Below are positions 20,101 through 29,432 of a stretch of DNA of 64,000 bases, piece after piece (the stretch's first letter is position 1; the number at the start of each line of letters is the position of its first letter). The stretch lies in contig JAFGRC010000018.1 of assembly GCA_016935355.1 (NCBI GenBank), forward strand, positions 284 to 64,283. The letters run 5' to 3'. Source of the DNA: Bacteroidales bacterium. Its GTDB lineage: Bacteria > Bacteroidota > Bacteroidia > Bacteroidales > UBA10428. Under the pieces are notes generated by a model. It saw only the letters and a program-made list of their open reading frames with translations, made no database searches and was not told the DNA's origin. Made by a program: the position numbers and the translations under genes.

Positions 20101-20907
20101 CCTGTGCGAAGGACTTCAACCGGAATTAAATCTGCCATTATTCGCGAAAAAGGAGTGAACGGTGACCGTGAAATGGCATACGTTATGCATCTTGCTGGTT
20201 TTGATGTAAAAGACGTCCACATGACCGATCTGATCTCGGGCAGGGAAACCCTGGATGACGTCAACCTGATTGTTTTTGTCGGGGGGTTTTCCAATTCTGA
20301 TGTACTGGGTAGTGCCAAAGGCTGGGCAGGAGCATTTCTTTACAATGAAAGGGCAAAAATAGCACTTGACCGGTATTATGCCCGCAATGACACGCTCAGT
20401 CTGGGTGTGTGCAACGGCTGCCAGCTTATGGCAGAACTGGACCTGATTATGCCCGAACATGAAAAAAAGCCTGGAATGCATCACAACCATTCACATAAGT
20501 TTGAATCGGCTTTTCTGAGTGTTGACATTCCTGAAAATCACTCCGTCATGCTCAATTCACTATCCGGCAGCAGGCTGGGCATATGGATTGCCCACGGTGA
20601 AGGCAGGTATAGTCTTCCTTACGATGCCCGGCATTACCACATTGTCATGAAGTATTCCCATACTGATTACCCGTTCAATCCGAACGGTTCCGATTATGAT
20701 GCAGCCGCATTGTGTTCCTCAGATGGCAGGCATCTGGCAATGATGCCACATATTGAACGTTCGGCCTTCCCCTGGAATTGGGCATATTATCCCGGGAACA
20801 GGTCAGCCGATGAGATCAGTCCCTGGATTGAAGCATTCATCAATGCAAAGAACTGGATCAGGGATCTGAATACCGGAAAATCAGATGTGAATGGTAATGT
20901 GGTTTAA
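17191..20907 (+). CDS. purL: Phosphoribosylformylglycinamidine synthase, single-chain large form
   Basis: 1238 aa. It has FGAM synthase AIR-synthase-like repeats and a C-terminal class I glutaminase with the catalytic Cys context LGVCNGCQLM and a later HGEG motif. Confidence 0.97.
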   Translation: MIHFFKTTGNQLYALESRTQLASDSIFKLEWLFGNAQMLGQSALSGRHIGPRREMITPWSTNAVEITQNMGITGILRIEVFIPYSGKLHDPMLEEVYEGLDQYIFTVDRKSEPVYYIDDIDAYNKSEGLALSSDEIRYLEDLSHKLERRLTDCEIFGFSQVNSEHCRHKIFNGTFIVDGIKKDYSLFELIRHTTQYNTNRVISAYQDNCAFLRGPEIQLFTTRSCNKPGYFEFRPLSAAISLKAETHNFPTTVEPFNGAATGTGGEIRDRVAGGKGAFPLAGTAVYMTSYPRLNGGRRWEQLTAERRWLYHKPAEILIRASNGTSDFGNKFGQPLICGSLFTFEHSEHNRIWAFDKVIMLAGGVGYTSMEYSTKDEPAKGNIIVLLGGDNYRIGMGGGAVSSVATGEYGNVIELNAVQRSNPEMQKRICNVIRLLAESAKNPIISIHDHGAGGHLNCLSELVENTGGHIDMDKLPIGDPTLSAKEIIGNESQERIGLIISQDDAIWVREICERERAPFYIIGEVTGDMQFVFQDKDANCPINLRLEDLFGNPPGTVIRDDTDKLKFREPGYSPTKIHDYIEHVLQLEAVACKDWLTNKVDRSVTGLVAKQQTCGKLQLPLNNLGVVALDYVSHSGIATAIGHAPAAAMVDPAKGSILAIAEALTNIMWGPVQDGIRGISLSANWIWPGRNPGEDARLYAAVSAASDFAIALGINIPTGKDSLSMTQKYPDGSEVYAPGTVIISAAGEVTDIRNVVEPVIQMSEDSELMYVDLSLCGFEMGGSAFYQSMNCIGSTAPTVLNPGYFADSFDTIQELILNHDIVAGHDISTGGMIVTLLEMCFSQPGSGMKLNLDPVAENDLVKILFSEKPGIVIQVRNNTNTREILQKNGIVFYRIGSVSNSGKIEINKQKQKISLIVDNFRKHWFKTSYELDKEQSGTLHAEKRFRNFARHPLEFNFCHTFSGKFAQYTINPVRRTSTGIKSAIIREKGVNGDREMAYVMHLAGFDVKDVHMTDLISGRETLDDVNLIVFVGGFSNSDVLGSAKGWAGAFLYNERAKIALDRYYARNDTLSLGVCNGCQLMAELDLIMPEHEKKPGMHHNHSHKFESAFLSVDIPENHSVMLNSLSGSRLGIWIAHGEGRYSLPYDARHYHIVMKYSHTDYPFNPNGSDYDAAALCSSDGRHLAMMPHIERSAFPWNWAYYPGNRSADEISPWIEAFINAKNWIRDLNTGKSDVNGNVV

Positions 20908-22066
20908 GGACAGCATAGTATACCACATCATGGTCGACCGTTTTGCCGGTTATAATTTACACCGGGACTGGCAAAAGCCGGTCTTTATAGGCGGAAACCT
21001 TAAAGGCATCCGGGAAAAGCTTCCATATCTCCGGAAACTGGGAATCAACACGATCTGGTTGTCTCCCGTCAATGAAACTTCTGCATACCACGGATATCAC
21101 ATAACAGATTATTATAGTATTGACCGTCATTTCGGAACTGAAAAAGATCTTACAACACTGGTAGAATCAGCCCACTCGATGAACATACGGATCATCCTGG
21201 ATTTTGTCCCCAACCATTGTTCCCGTTGGCATCCATTTTTTCAGGAAGCACTGATCAACCGTAAAAGCAGATACAGGAAATGGTTTTACTTCAAACCCTG
21301 GAGCAACCATTATCTTTGTTTTCTGGACTTCAGGGAATTACCCAAGATCAGACTCGATAACAGAGATGCCAGGAACCATGTCATCGGAGCTGCCCTTTAC
21401 TGGCTTGGCAAAGGTGTTGACGGATTCAGGCTTGATCATGCCATAGGTCCGGGACATAACTTCTGGAAAGCATTTTCCAGGGTGGTGAAAGCCCGGAATC
21501 CCGAAGCCGTGCTGATCGGTGAAGCCTGGATGGAAGGCATAAAGCTTTCACACCTGAACACAATCCGTTTAAGAAACAAATATTTGAGGTGGCTGTATGA
21601 CCTCAGACCACAACAGATTCAACGCGAATACACGGGCGAACTGGACGGTGTGCTGGATTTCTATTTCAGGTACCTGATAACGGAATGCATTGCCTGGAAA
21701 GACAATCCGGATGATCACCATGAACAGCTGCTGAACAGACTGGCAGAACATTATGCCTTCTTTCCAGAAGAATATTTTCTACCCTCTTTTGTTGACAATC
21801 ATGATATGAGCCGGTTCATATATGAAGCCGGACAAAAAAAGGCAAAGCTAAAGCAGGCACTGGAAATTCAATTCAGTCTGCCGCAACCCCCAATTCTCTA
21901 TTATGGAACGGAAACGGCCCTTTCGCATGAAGTTCCGGTTGATCTTGCAATTCCCTTTTCCGACCTGCAGGCCAGAAAACCCATGCCATGGAATTCACTG
22001 GATATGGAAATGGTCTCTTTTTGTAGAGAGCTGATAGCAAAACGAAAAAAAAAGACCCTGCAATGA
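20891..22066 (+). CDS. GH13 alpha-amylase-family glycoside hydrolase
   Basis: Conserved GH13 regions are present: DFVPNH, GFRLDHA, GEAWME and FVDNHDMSRF. The start overlaps the purL 3' end by 17 nt. Confidence 0.9.
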   Translation: MVMWFKDSIVYHIMVDRFAGYNLHRDWQKPVFIGGNLKGIREKLPYLRKLGINTIWLSPVNETSAYHGYHITDYYSIDRHFGTEKDLTTLVESAHSMNIRIILDFVPNHCSRWHPFFQEALINRKSRYRKWFYFKPWSNHYLCFLDFRELPKIRLDNRDARNHVIGAALYWLGKGVDGFRLDHAIGPGHNFWKAFSRVVKARNPEAVLIGEAWMEGIKLSHLNTIRLRNKYLRWLYDLRPQQIQREYTGELDGVLDFYFRYLITECIAWKDNPDDHHEQLLNRLAEHYAFFPEEYFLPSFVDNHDMSRFIYEAGQKKAKLKQALEIQFSLPQPPILYYGTETALSHEVPVDLAIPFSDLQARKPMPWNSLDMEMVSFCRELIAKRKKKTLQ

Positions 22067-22073
22067 AATGCTG

Positions 22074-22991
22074 CTATTTGATCTCATTGATGTTATAGGG
22101 CGTCATCTGGTAAACATAATAGTTCAGCCAGTTGTAGTAAAGCAGGTTGGCGTGACTTTTCCAGCGTGCAAGCGGACGCCGGGAAGGGTCGTCATTTGGA
22201 AAATAGTTCACAGGCAGGTCGATCTGCAATCCTTTTTTAAGATCTCTTTCATATTCATCCTTAAGTGTGTCCGGATCATATTCCGAATGTCCGGTGATGA
22301 AAATCTGACGGCCTCTTTTTGACTTTACCATATATACACCTGCCACAAGTGATTCGGAAACGATCTCAAGATCGCTGATGCGTTCTATATCAGACCTTCT
22401 GACTTCCGTATGCCGGGAATGCGGAGCCATAAAATCCTCATCAAAACCTCTGACAAGAGGGATCCTGGGATTGTTGATCCGGTGGCTGAAAACGCCGAAC
22501 ATTTTTTTGGGCAACGGATATTTGGGAATGTTATAGAAATGGTACAGACCGGCCTGTGCACCCCAGCAGATGAACATGGTTGAAGTAACATGATGCTGTG
22601 TCCAGTCCATGATCTCCTTCAGCTCATCCCAATAATCGACCTGCTCAAATTCAAGATGCTCAATTGGCGCACCTGTTATGATCATGCCATCATAATTGTG
22701 TTTCCGGATCTGGTTGAAGGTTTTGTAAAATGCCCTCAAATGTTCAATTGAAGTATTCTTTGAAGCATGTTTTAAGGTATGAAGCAATGTTATCTCCACC
22801 TGCAGGGGTGTATTGGACAGCAAACGCAGTATGTGTGTCTCGGTTGTAATTTTAACCGGCATCAGATTCAGGATCACAATGCGTAAAGGCCTGATATCCT
22901 GATGAATGGCCGTAGTCTCACGCATTACGAAAATATTCTCTTCCTGCAGGATCTCTACAGCTGGTAATCCGTCCGGGATATTTAAAGGCAT
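22074..22991 (-). CDS. metA: Homoserine O-acyltransferase MetA
   Basis: 305 aa. The N-terminus [23 protein letters not shown] and the ILNLMP and CWGAQA motifs are characteristic of MetA. Confidence 0.92.
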   Translation of the reverse strand: MPLNIPDGLPAVEILQEENIFVMRETTAIHQDIRPLRIVILNLMPVKITTETHILRLLSNTPLQVEITLLHTLKHASKNTSIEHLRAFYKTFNQIRKHNYDGMIITGAPIEHLEFEQVDYWDELKEIMDWTQHHVTSTMFICWGAQAGLYHFYNIPKYPLPKKMFGVFSHRINNPRIPLVRGFDEDFMAPHSRHTEVRRSDIERISDLEIVSESLVAGVYMVKSKRGRQIFITGHSEYDPDTLKDEYERDLKKGLQIDLPVNYFPNDDPSRRPLARWKSHANLLYYNWLNYYVYQMTPYNINEIK

Positions 22992-23014
22992 CTGTATAGT
23001 TTTTTAATGAACTG

Positions 23015-23022
23015 CAAATTTA
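23015..23022 (-). promoter_or_regulatory. Candidate -7 promoter element TAAATTTG for metA
   Basis: Forward caaattta is the reverse complement of TAAATTTG. It lies 23 nt upstream of the metA start codon. Confidence 0.35.
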
Positions 23023-23117
23023 AAAATTATATCCGTATCTTATACAGGTGCAATACTTACAGTCAATGCTTTTAAGACATCATCTGAAGCAGTTTCGGTC
23101 ATCAATGAAATAATTTA

Positions 23118-23125
23118 TAGTTTTG
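23118..23125 (+). promoter_or_regulatory. Candidate -7 promoter element TAGTTTTG for rlmN
   Basis: Exact TAnnTTTG match 36 nt upstream of the ATG at 23161, in the divergent metA/rlmN intergenic region. Confidence 0.35.
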
Positions 23126-23160
23126 TAATTTCTTTTTCTGATAAGACAACATTATTGGGT

Positions 23161-24171
23161 ATGCAGGAAGAACTGTTTGGCAGTACTATAAAAGAACTGG
23201 AAGAAGTGGTAAGAGTCAATCATTTGCCCTCCTATACGGCTTTACAGATCAGCCGGTGGCTGTATCAGAAAAAGATTCATTCCTTTTCCGGCATGACAAA
23301 TTTATCCAAAGCAGCCCGGAAAGCCTTGAACGAAAAATATTCCATTCATGTTTCACCCCCGGTTCAGGAACAGCTTTCAAAGGATGGTACCAGAAAATAC
23401 CTCTTCCGTGTTCAACTAAACCGCTATATCGAAACCGTATTCATACCGGAAAAAAACAGAAATACACTTTGCGCATCAACACAGGTCGGTTGTAAAATGG
23501 GTTGCGTGTTCTGCATGACCGGCAAACAAGGATTTCAGGGAAACCTTTCATCCGGGGAAATTTTAAATCAGATCATATCCGTTCCGGAGGCCGGAAGCAT
23601 TACCAACATTGTTTTCATGGGAATGGGTGAACCCATGGACAATATTGAAAATGTGCTGAAAGCGCTGGAAATATTAACTTCTCCCTGGGGTTTTGCCATG
23701 AGCCCGTCAAGGATAACGGTATCAACAATTGGACTGATGCCCGGTATGCATGAATTTATACTCAAAACCAGATGTCATCTTGCAATCAGCCTGAACTCCC
23801 CCTTTCAGGAGGAGCGACAAAAACTGATGCCAGCTGAAAAAGCATATCCGGCCGTTGCAATTGTAAAATTCCTGAAAGAACAATCCATTGAAAGACAAAG
23901 GAGGATCTCTTTTGAATACATCATGTTCCGTGGTCTGAACGACACACCGCGTCATGTTAAAGGGTTGACGCGACTGCTTAACGGACTCAGGTGCCGTATC
24001 AACCTCATTCGTTTTCATCCGGTACCCGGCATACCGCTGCAAACTTCTGATGAAACCACCATTCAATGGTTCAGGGAAAAGCTGAACGAAAAAGGTTTGC
24101 TGACCACGATCAGGGCATCCAGAGGACAGGATATCATGGCGGCATGTGGCATGTTATCCACACAATTCTAG
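23161..24171 (+). CDS. rlmN: 23S rRNA (adenine2503-C2)-methyltransferase RlmN (radical SAM)
   Basis: Radical SAM CxxxCxxC motif (CKMGCVFCMTG), a conserved GMGEP motif and a C-terminal catalytic Cys (AACGML). The ATG at 23161 is preferred over the TTG at 23155. Confidence 0.92.
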   Translation: MQEELFGSTIKELEEVVRVNHLPSYTALQISRWLYQKKIHSFSGMTNLSKAARKALNEKYSIHVSPPVQEQLSKDGTRKYLFRVQLNRYIETVFIPEKNRNTLCASTQVGCKMGCVFCMTGKQGFQGNLSSGEILNQIISVPEAGSITNIVFMGMGEPMDNIENVLKALEILTSPWGFAMSPSRITVSTIGLMPGMHEFILKTRCHLAISLNSPFQEERQKLMPAEKAYPAVAIVKFLKEQSIERQRRISFEYIMFRGLNDTPRHVKGLTRLLNGLRCRINLIRFHPVPGIPLQTSDETTIQWFREKLNEKGLLTTIRASRGQDIMAACGMLSTQF

Positions 24172-25169
24172 TTTTTCAATCCCAATTTTTTCTCATATAT
24201 GTCGATGGCTTCCTGTGTGCCAATCTTTTTTCCTTCCTGGTAGGCAATAACAAAAGCTTTGCTAACATTGCATTCCCGTCGTGTAGCTTCTGCCTCATCA
24301 TAACTTCTGTATCTGCCGATTGAGTATTTATACCAGTTTTCTTCATATATCAGATCGATCCTCATGCCACCATTATAAAGCTTTGTAAGATATTCTTCCG
24401 ACAACGGTTCGGTATGCGCTGCGATCTGGACTTTAAAAATGATTTCTTTCAACCATGAAGAGTCAACAGCATGATCCTGTTTCACCGTGGCAAAAATATC
24501 TTCAGGTGGTTCATTGATATTCGGATCCCTCATTAATGCAATGATCTCTTCGAGGGTCTTATCATCTTCCCAGCCGTAGTTGTATTCCACAGGATAATCC
24601 GTACAGATCTGAACTGTACGAGAGGCATCACGGACGGCAAGCCTTCCAAGCTTAACCGCATCTTCCAGAATCTTTAATGAATATTCATACCGGTCACTTT
24701 CCAGTACCTGTGCATGTCTGATTAAAGAACGGTTCATGTTTTTACCTGAAACGTTCTCATAATACCGGGCTTTGTCCATTCCGGCAGCCCGGTGATTCGC
24801 CTTGTCCATTTTCTTCCAGAAATCATCGCTCCGGGATCTGAAAACCGAATATGCCTCGCCCAAAGCTTCTTTATATGTGCCTGATACATTAAAAAGCATT
24901 TTCAGGACATCTTCATAACGGACAGACATCCTTTCTTTGATTTCAAGCTCGGAAAGTTCACTATAAGAAAGATTTGCACGGTTGAGTAACGCATCAGCCT
25001 CTTCCAGTAATACGGCAGCATTTTCCAGTTTTTTAATTTCCCTGTTGGTGAACGAAATGTTCAGATCTGCGGTAAACTGCCTGTAACGTTCCTGCGATAA
25101 AGCCGGAAATATGCCGGCAACAATCAAAATCGCAGACAATACAAAGGTGTTTTTGCGCATGATATTCAT
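24168..25169 (-). CDS. Secreted hypothetical protein with a SPOR-like C-terminal domain
   Basis: Signal peptide (FVLSAILIVAGIFPALSQ). The C-terminal ~75 aa (FKVQIAAH...YKYSIGRYRSYDEAEA...AFVIAY) look like a SPOR peptidoglycan-binding repeat. The family call is tentative. Confidence 0.5.
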   Translation of the reverse strand: MNIMRKNTFVLSAILIVAGIFPALSQERYRQFTADLNISFTNREIKKLENAAVLLEEADALLNRANLSYSELSELEIKERMSVRYEDVLKMLFNVSGTYKEALGEAYSVFRSRSDDFWKKMDKANHRAAGMDKARYYENVSGKNMNRSLIRHAQVLESDRYEYSLKILEDAVKLGRLAVRDASRTVQICTDYPVEYNYGWEDDKTLEEIIALMRDPNINEPPEDIFATVKQDHAVDSSWLKEIIFKVQIAAHTEPLSEEYLTKLYNGGMRIDLIYEENWYKYSIGRYRSYDEAEATRRECNVSKAFVIAYQEGKKIGTQEAIDIYEKKLGLKN

Positions 25170-25223
25170 GGTATCGTATGTTTCTTTGTCTTTTACGCAA
25201 AATATCAGTTACGGTTCTGTTTA

Positions 25224-28181
25224 TCAGGAAGCAATTTCATTCAACGCATCAAACAATACTTCCACAGGATGGTAAGCCTTTCTGGCCGTACCATCTTCAA
25301 TCTGCTGCCTGCAGCTTGTTCCACCGGCACATATTATGGTCTGTGCATCCGCTTTCCTCACAGAAGGAAACAAGATCAGCTCACCAATTTTCATTGAGAG
25401 TTCATAATGTTTTTTTTCATAACCGAAGGATCCGGCCATTCCGCAACAACCGGATTTAATTTCTTCAACCGTATAATTTTCAGGTATTGAAAGCATTTTT
25501 ATGGTAGCTTCAGTAGAAGCAACAGCCTTTTGCTGACAGTGACCATGCAGCAGGATGTGCTGCTTTTTTCGGGTAAAAATATGGCTGCTGACGTTTCCGG
25601 CGTCATATTCCCGTGCAATAAATTCATCCACCAGAAAAGTGTTGTCGGCAATCTGTTTTGCATCCTCACGTATATTACTGTCTGCCAAATCAATATACTC
25701 GTCACGAAACGAAAGTATTGCCGAGGGTTCAATACCCAGAAGCGGAGTTTGCTCATTGATGAGGGGGGCAAAAAACTTCACATTTGCTTTGGCAATCTGC
25801 TTTGCTTTACGAAGCATCCCTTTTGAAATATAAGTTCTGCCGCTTTCGGCATGCGGTATTGTATTTACACTATAGCCCAGCTTTGTGAGCAGAAGGATTG
25901 CAGATATTCCGATCCCTGCATCAATATAGTTGGTAAATTCATCAAGGAATAAATAAACTTTCCGGAGTGGTTTGCTTTCAGTAACGGTAACCTTACCGGT
26001 TCTTAAATTTTGCGTGATCCATCTGTCAAGACTCAGATCTGACATTCGTGGTATTTTCCGCCTGTTTGAAAATCCCATGAATGCTTTCAGAAGAGTTCCC
26101 GTGAATTTATTTTCAACCATGATGTTAAACAAAACGGGAAAGTGTGAATTGATCTTATGGATAGCGGGTAAATGGGAAACAAGCCATGAACGTAAAGGGA
26201 CACCACGGATATCATAATAATGCTGTAAAAATTCGGCTTTAAGTTTTGCCATATCAACATTTGAGGGGCACTCCGATTTGCATCCCTTGCAGGACAGACA
26301 GAGATCCAGTATCTCATAAACCTCACGTGCACTACAGGATCCCGGACCGGCTCTGCCGGTAAGATATTCCCTCAGAAGATTGGCCCTGGCCCGGGTCGTC
26401 TTGTTTTCATCAAGTGTTGCCATATAGCTGGGGCACATGGTGCCTCCCATCCTGACTGATTTCCGGCAATCTCCGGAACCATTGCACATCTCAACATGAT
26501 GCAGCATACCCGGGGCAGGAGTATAATCAAAAACAGCAGGGAATGGCATGACCTTTTTGGGTTCCACATACCGCAAAGATGAAGTCATTGGTGGAGGGTC
26601 GATGATCTTTCCCCTGTTGAAAATACCTTGCGGATCCCACGTATTTTTAATGCTGCGCATCAGGTTATAGTTCTTTTCCCCCACCATAACCGGAATGAAT
26701 TCACTGCGAACCCTGCCGTCACCATGTTCACCGCTGAGCGACCCGCGGTATATTTTTACAAGATCTGCTACATCCTTCACCAGATCGTGCATGAGCCTAA
26801 TTCCGTCCCGGGTCTTAAGATTGATTATGGGACGCATGTGCAATTCACCGGTTCCTACATGTGCATGAAAGACACAATTGAGACCATAATAGTCGAGGAT
26901 CTTTTTAAAATCGGTAATGTACCCGGGCAGCAAATCCGGTCTCACAGCCGTATCCTCTACCAGCGAAAGGGGCCTGGCATCTCCTGGTATATTGGAAAGA
27001 ACACCCAGTCCGGATTTACGCAATGCCCAGACTCTCTCAATATCTTCACCGGTAATAAGCGGATAATAATATCCCAGTCCCTTTTGTACAAGAGCCTGTT
27101 CCAGACGTTCCTTCTGTTCAACGACCTCTTTCATGGAATTGCAGGCAAACTCGACGATCAGGATGGCTCCGGGCTCTCCATTAAGAAAGAACCGGTTCTT
27201 TCGCTGTTCAATATTTGCTTTTGTACATTCCAATATTGTATGGTCCATTAATTCCACTGCGCGGGGATCATGCTCCAGGCACACAAGATTGGCTTCCAAT
27301 GCTTCCTCCAGAGTGTTTACATGTATGCAAACCAAACCTTTGATCCTGGGAGGCAAAGGAACCAGGTTCAGTTTAAGCTCTGTAATAAAGGCTAATGTTC
27401 CTTCGGATCCGGCCAGCAAAGTACAGAAATTAAAGGGCACACCGTCACGCTTAAAGGGTATCATGTTCAGCAATAAATCCAGTGCGTATCCCGTATTGCG
27501 CCTTTTTACAAGCGGATCGGGAAATTCCCGTTGAATTTCAGTCTGGTTAACCGGATCTTTAAGTATGTCGTATATATTTTGATATATTTTGTTTTCGAGA
27601 CGATGACCGCTGATCCTGTTCATAAAATCAGCCTCATCGGTCAACGGTCCTAATTCCGCTTCGGAACCATCACTCAGAATGGCTTTTATACCGATCAGAT
27701 GTTCCCGGGTACTTCCATAAATCAATGAATGTGAACCGCATGCGTTGTTACCGACCATACCACCGATCATGCACCTGTTTGAGGTTGAAGTCTCCGGCGC
27801 GAAAAACAATCCCCTTTCAGCCAGCAATAAATTCAGTTCATCAGGAATCACACCGGGCTGAACAGTAACCCATTTTTCCGTTTCATTGATCTCCAGTATC
27901 CTAGTGAAGTATTTCGATACATCGACTACAATGCCGTTTCCCACTACCTGTCCCGCAAGCGATGTACCCGCAGTTCTGGGTATCAGGGTTATATGGTTAT
28001 CATGTGCAAATGCAACTAGCTTTTTTATATCGGAAACAGTTGCCGGTCGGGCAACCGCTGCAGGCAACTCCCTGTATATGGATGCATCGGTTGCATAAAG
28101 CCGCCTGGTTACAGTATCTGTGTACAGATCGCCTTCCAGGTCCCGGGAAAGTCTGCGGAATAATCCTGAATTATCTGACAT
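25224..28181 (-). CDS. FAD-binding + (Fe-S)-binding oxidoreductase (GlcD/GlcF-like fusion; D-lactate/2-hydroxyacid dehydrogenase-like)
   Basis: 985 aa with an N-terminal PCMH-type FAD domain. It has two ferredoxin-like Cys clusters (CNGSGDCRKS...CP and CLSCKGCKSECP) and C-terminal CCG-type motifs (GHCQQK, GCCGMAGSFG, CAGGTSCRQQ). Confidence 0.9.
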   Translation of the reverse strand: MSDNSGLFRRLSRDLEGDLYTDTVTRRLYATDASIYRELPAAVARPATVSDIKKLVAFAHDNHITLIPRTAGTSLAGQVVGNGIVVDVSKYFTRILEINETEKWVTVQPGVIPDELNLLLAERGLFFAPETSTSNRCMIGGMVGNNACGSHSLIYGSTREHLIGIKAILSDGSEAELGPLTDEADFMNRISGHRLENKIYQNIYDILKDPVNQTEIQREFPDPLVKRRNTGYALDLLLNMIPFKRDGVPFNFCTLLAGSEGTLAFITELKLNLVPLPPRIKGLVCIHVNTLEEALEANLVCLEHDPRAVELMDHTILECTKANIEQRKNRFFLNGEPGAILIVEFACNSMKEVVEQKERLEQALVQKGLGYYYPLITGEDIERVWALRKSGLGVLSNIPGDARPLSLVEDTAVRPDLLPGYITDFKKILDYYGLNCVFHAHVGTGELHMRPIINLKTRDGIRLMHDLVKDVADLVKIYRGSLSGEHGDGRVRSEFIPVMVGEKNYNLMRSIKNTWDPQGIFNRGKIIDPPPMTSSLRYVEPKKVMPFPAVFDYTPAPGMLHHVEMCNGSGDCRKSVRMGGTMCPSYMATLDENKTTRARANLLREYLTGRAGPGSCSAREVYEILDLCLSCKGCKSECPSNVDMAKLKAEFLQHYYDIRGVPLRSWLVSHLPAIHKINSHFPVLFNIMVENKFTGTLLKAFMGFSNRRKIPRMSDLSLDRWITQNLRTGKVTVTESKPLRKVYLFLDEFTNYIDAGIGISAILLLTKLGYSVNTIPHAESGRTYISKGMLRKAKQIAKANVKFFAPLINEQTPLLGIEPSAILSFRDEYIDLADSNIREDAKQIADNTFLVDEFIAREYDAGNVSSHIFTRKKQHILLHGHCQQKAVASTEATIKMLSIPENYTVEEIKSGCCGMAGSFGYEKKHYELSMKIGELILFPSVRKADAQTIICAGGTSCRQQIEDGTARKAYHPVEVLFDALNEIAS

Positions 28182-28398
28182 TTAATGAATATCTCTGTTC
28201 AAAGAATGCAATCCTGCAAAACTAATCAAAAGGATCCAATGGATGATGAACCGATTCAGCATGAAATATTAACAAACGAATGTAAACATTCAATTCGATG
28301 GAAATTTAATGAAATAAATCATTGTCGGCTTGCATGGAATTTAGCTTTTTTACGTTATCTTTATAACGCAGAACAATTTACATAATTAATTGATTTAG

Positions 28399-29403
28399 AT
28401 GAAGTTAATTGAAGACATCAAAGAAAACGCCCGAAAATACAAGCAAAGGATCGTGTTGCCGGAAAGTCATGAAGAACGCACACTCTTTGCAGCTGATATT
28501 GCTTTGAATGAAGATCTTGCGAACATCATTCTGATCGGAAACCGGGAACAGATCCTCCGGCATGGGACAAAACTGGGTTTAAAGAACATCGGTCAGGCAA
28601 TCTTTATTGATCCTTTGAAAAATGAAAAAACGGAAGCATATGCAGAACTTATGCTCGACCTGAGGCAGTCAAAAGGTCTTACACGTCCGGAAGCCTTAAA
28701 ACTACTGAAGGATCCGCTGTACCTGGGCGCAGTCATGATAAAGCACGGTGACGCGGACGGTGAAGTAGCAGGCGCCGATAATGCAACCGGAGATGTGCTG
28801 CGTCCCGCATTTCAGTATGTAAAGACACAGCCTGGTATCAGCGTTGTTTCCGGAGCCTTTCTGATGTTCCTGAAAGACAGTATTTACGGGGAAAACGGAC
28901 TGATGGTCTTTGCAGATTGTGCCGTAAATCCTGATCCCACGGAAAAACAGCTTGCTGAAATTGCCGTTGCAACAGCAAAAACAACCAGGGCAATTGCAAA
29001 GACGGAACCAAGGATCGCTATGCTGAGCTTTTCGACAAAGGGCAGTGCAACACATGAGCTTGTTGATAAAGTGCAAAAAGCAACACTGATCGCACAGGAA
29101 ATGGATCCTTCCCTTGAAATCGACGGTGAACTTCAGGCTGATGCCGCCATCGTTGAATCAGTCGGAAAGAAAAAAGCCCCCGGTAGCAAAATTGCAGGAA
29201 GGGCTAACGTTCTGATCTTTCCCAATCTGGAAAGCGGAAATATTGCCTATAAACTGGTACAACGCCTGGGACATGCAGAGGCAATAGGTCCGATCCTGCA
29301 GGGAATGGCTGCTCCGGTCAATGATCTGTCCAGGGGCTGTTCGGTCAGTGATATCATAGATCTGATTGCAATTACCGCCAATCAGGCAATTGATTTAAAA
29401 TAA
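28399..29403 (+). CDS. pta: Phosphate acetyltransferase
   Basis: 334 aa with the short-form Pta sequence (RIVLPESHEERTL..., ...SRGCSVSDI...). Confidence 0.92.
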   Translation: MKLIEDIKENARKYKQRIVLPESHEERTLFAADIALNEDLANIILIGNREQILRHGTKLGLKNIGQAIFIDPLKNEKTEAYAELMLDLRQSKGLTRPEALKLLKDPLYLGAVMIKHGDADGEVAGADNATGDVLRPAFQYVKTQPGISVVSGAFLMFLKDSIYGENGLMVFADCAVNPDPTEKQLAEIAVATAKTTRAIAKTEPRIAMLSFSTKGSATHELVDKVQKATLIAQEMDPSLEIDGELQADAAIVESVGKKKAPGSKIAGRANVLIFPNLESGNIAYKLVQRLGHAEAIGPILQGMAAPVNDLSRGCSVSDIIDLIAITANQAIDLK

Positions 29404-29432
29404 TATATCTAATTCTTTACAAATCATAAACC

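Noticed and set aside
20891-20907. 17-nt overlap between the purL stop region and the GH13 gene start. I considered a frameshift or mis-assembly joining two genes.
   Set aside because: Both proteins are full length with intact N- and C-terminal motifs. Short same-strand overlaps are common and need no special explanation.
28185-28385. 66-aa plus-strand ORF in the divergent region between the FAD/Fe-S oxidoreductase gene and pta.
   Set aside because: It fills an AT-rich promoter region, shows no recognisable family, and has an odd composition. It is more likely non-coding regulatory DNA.
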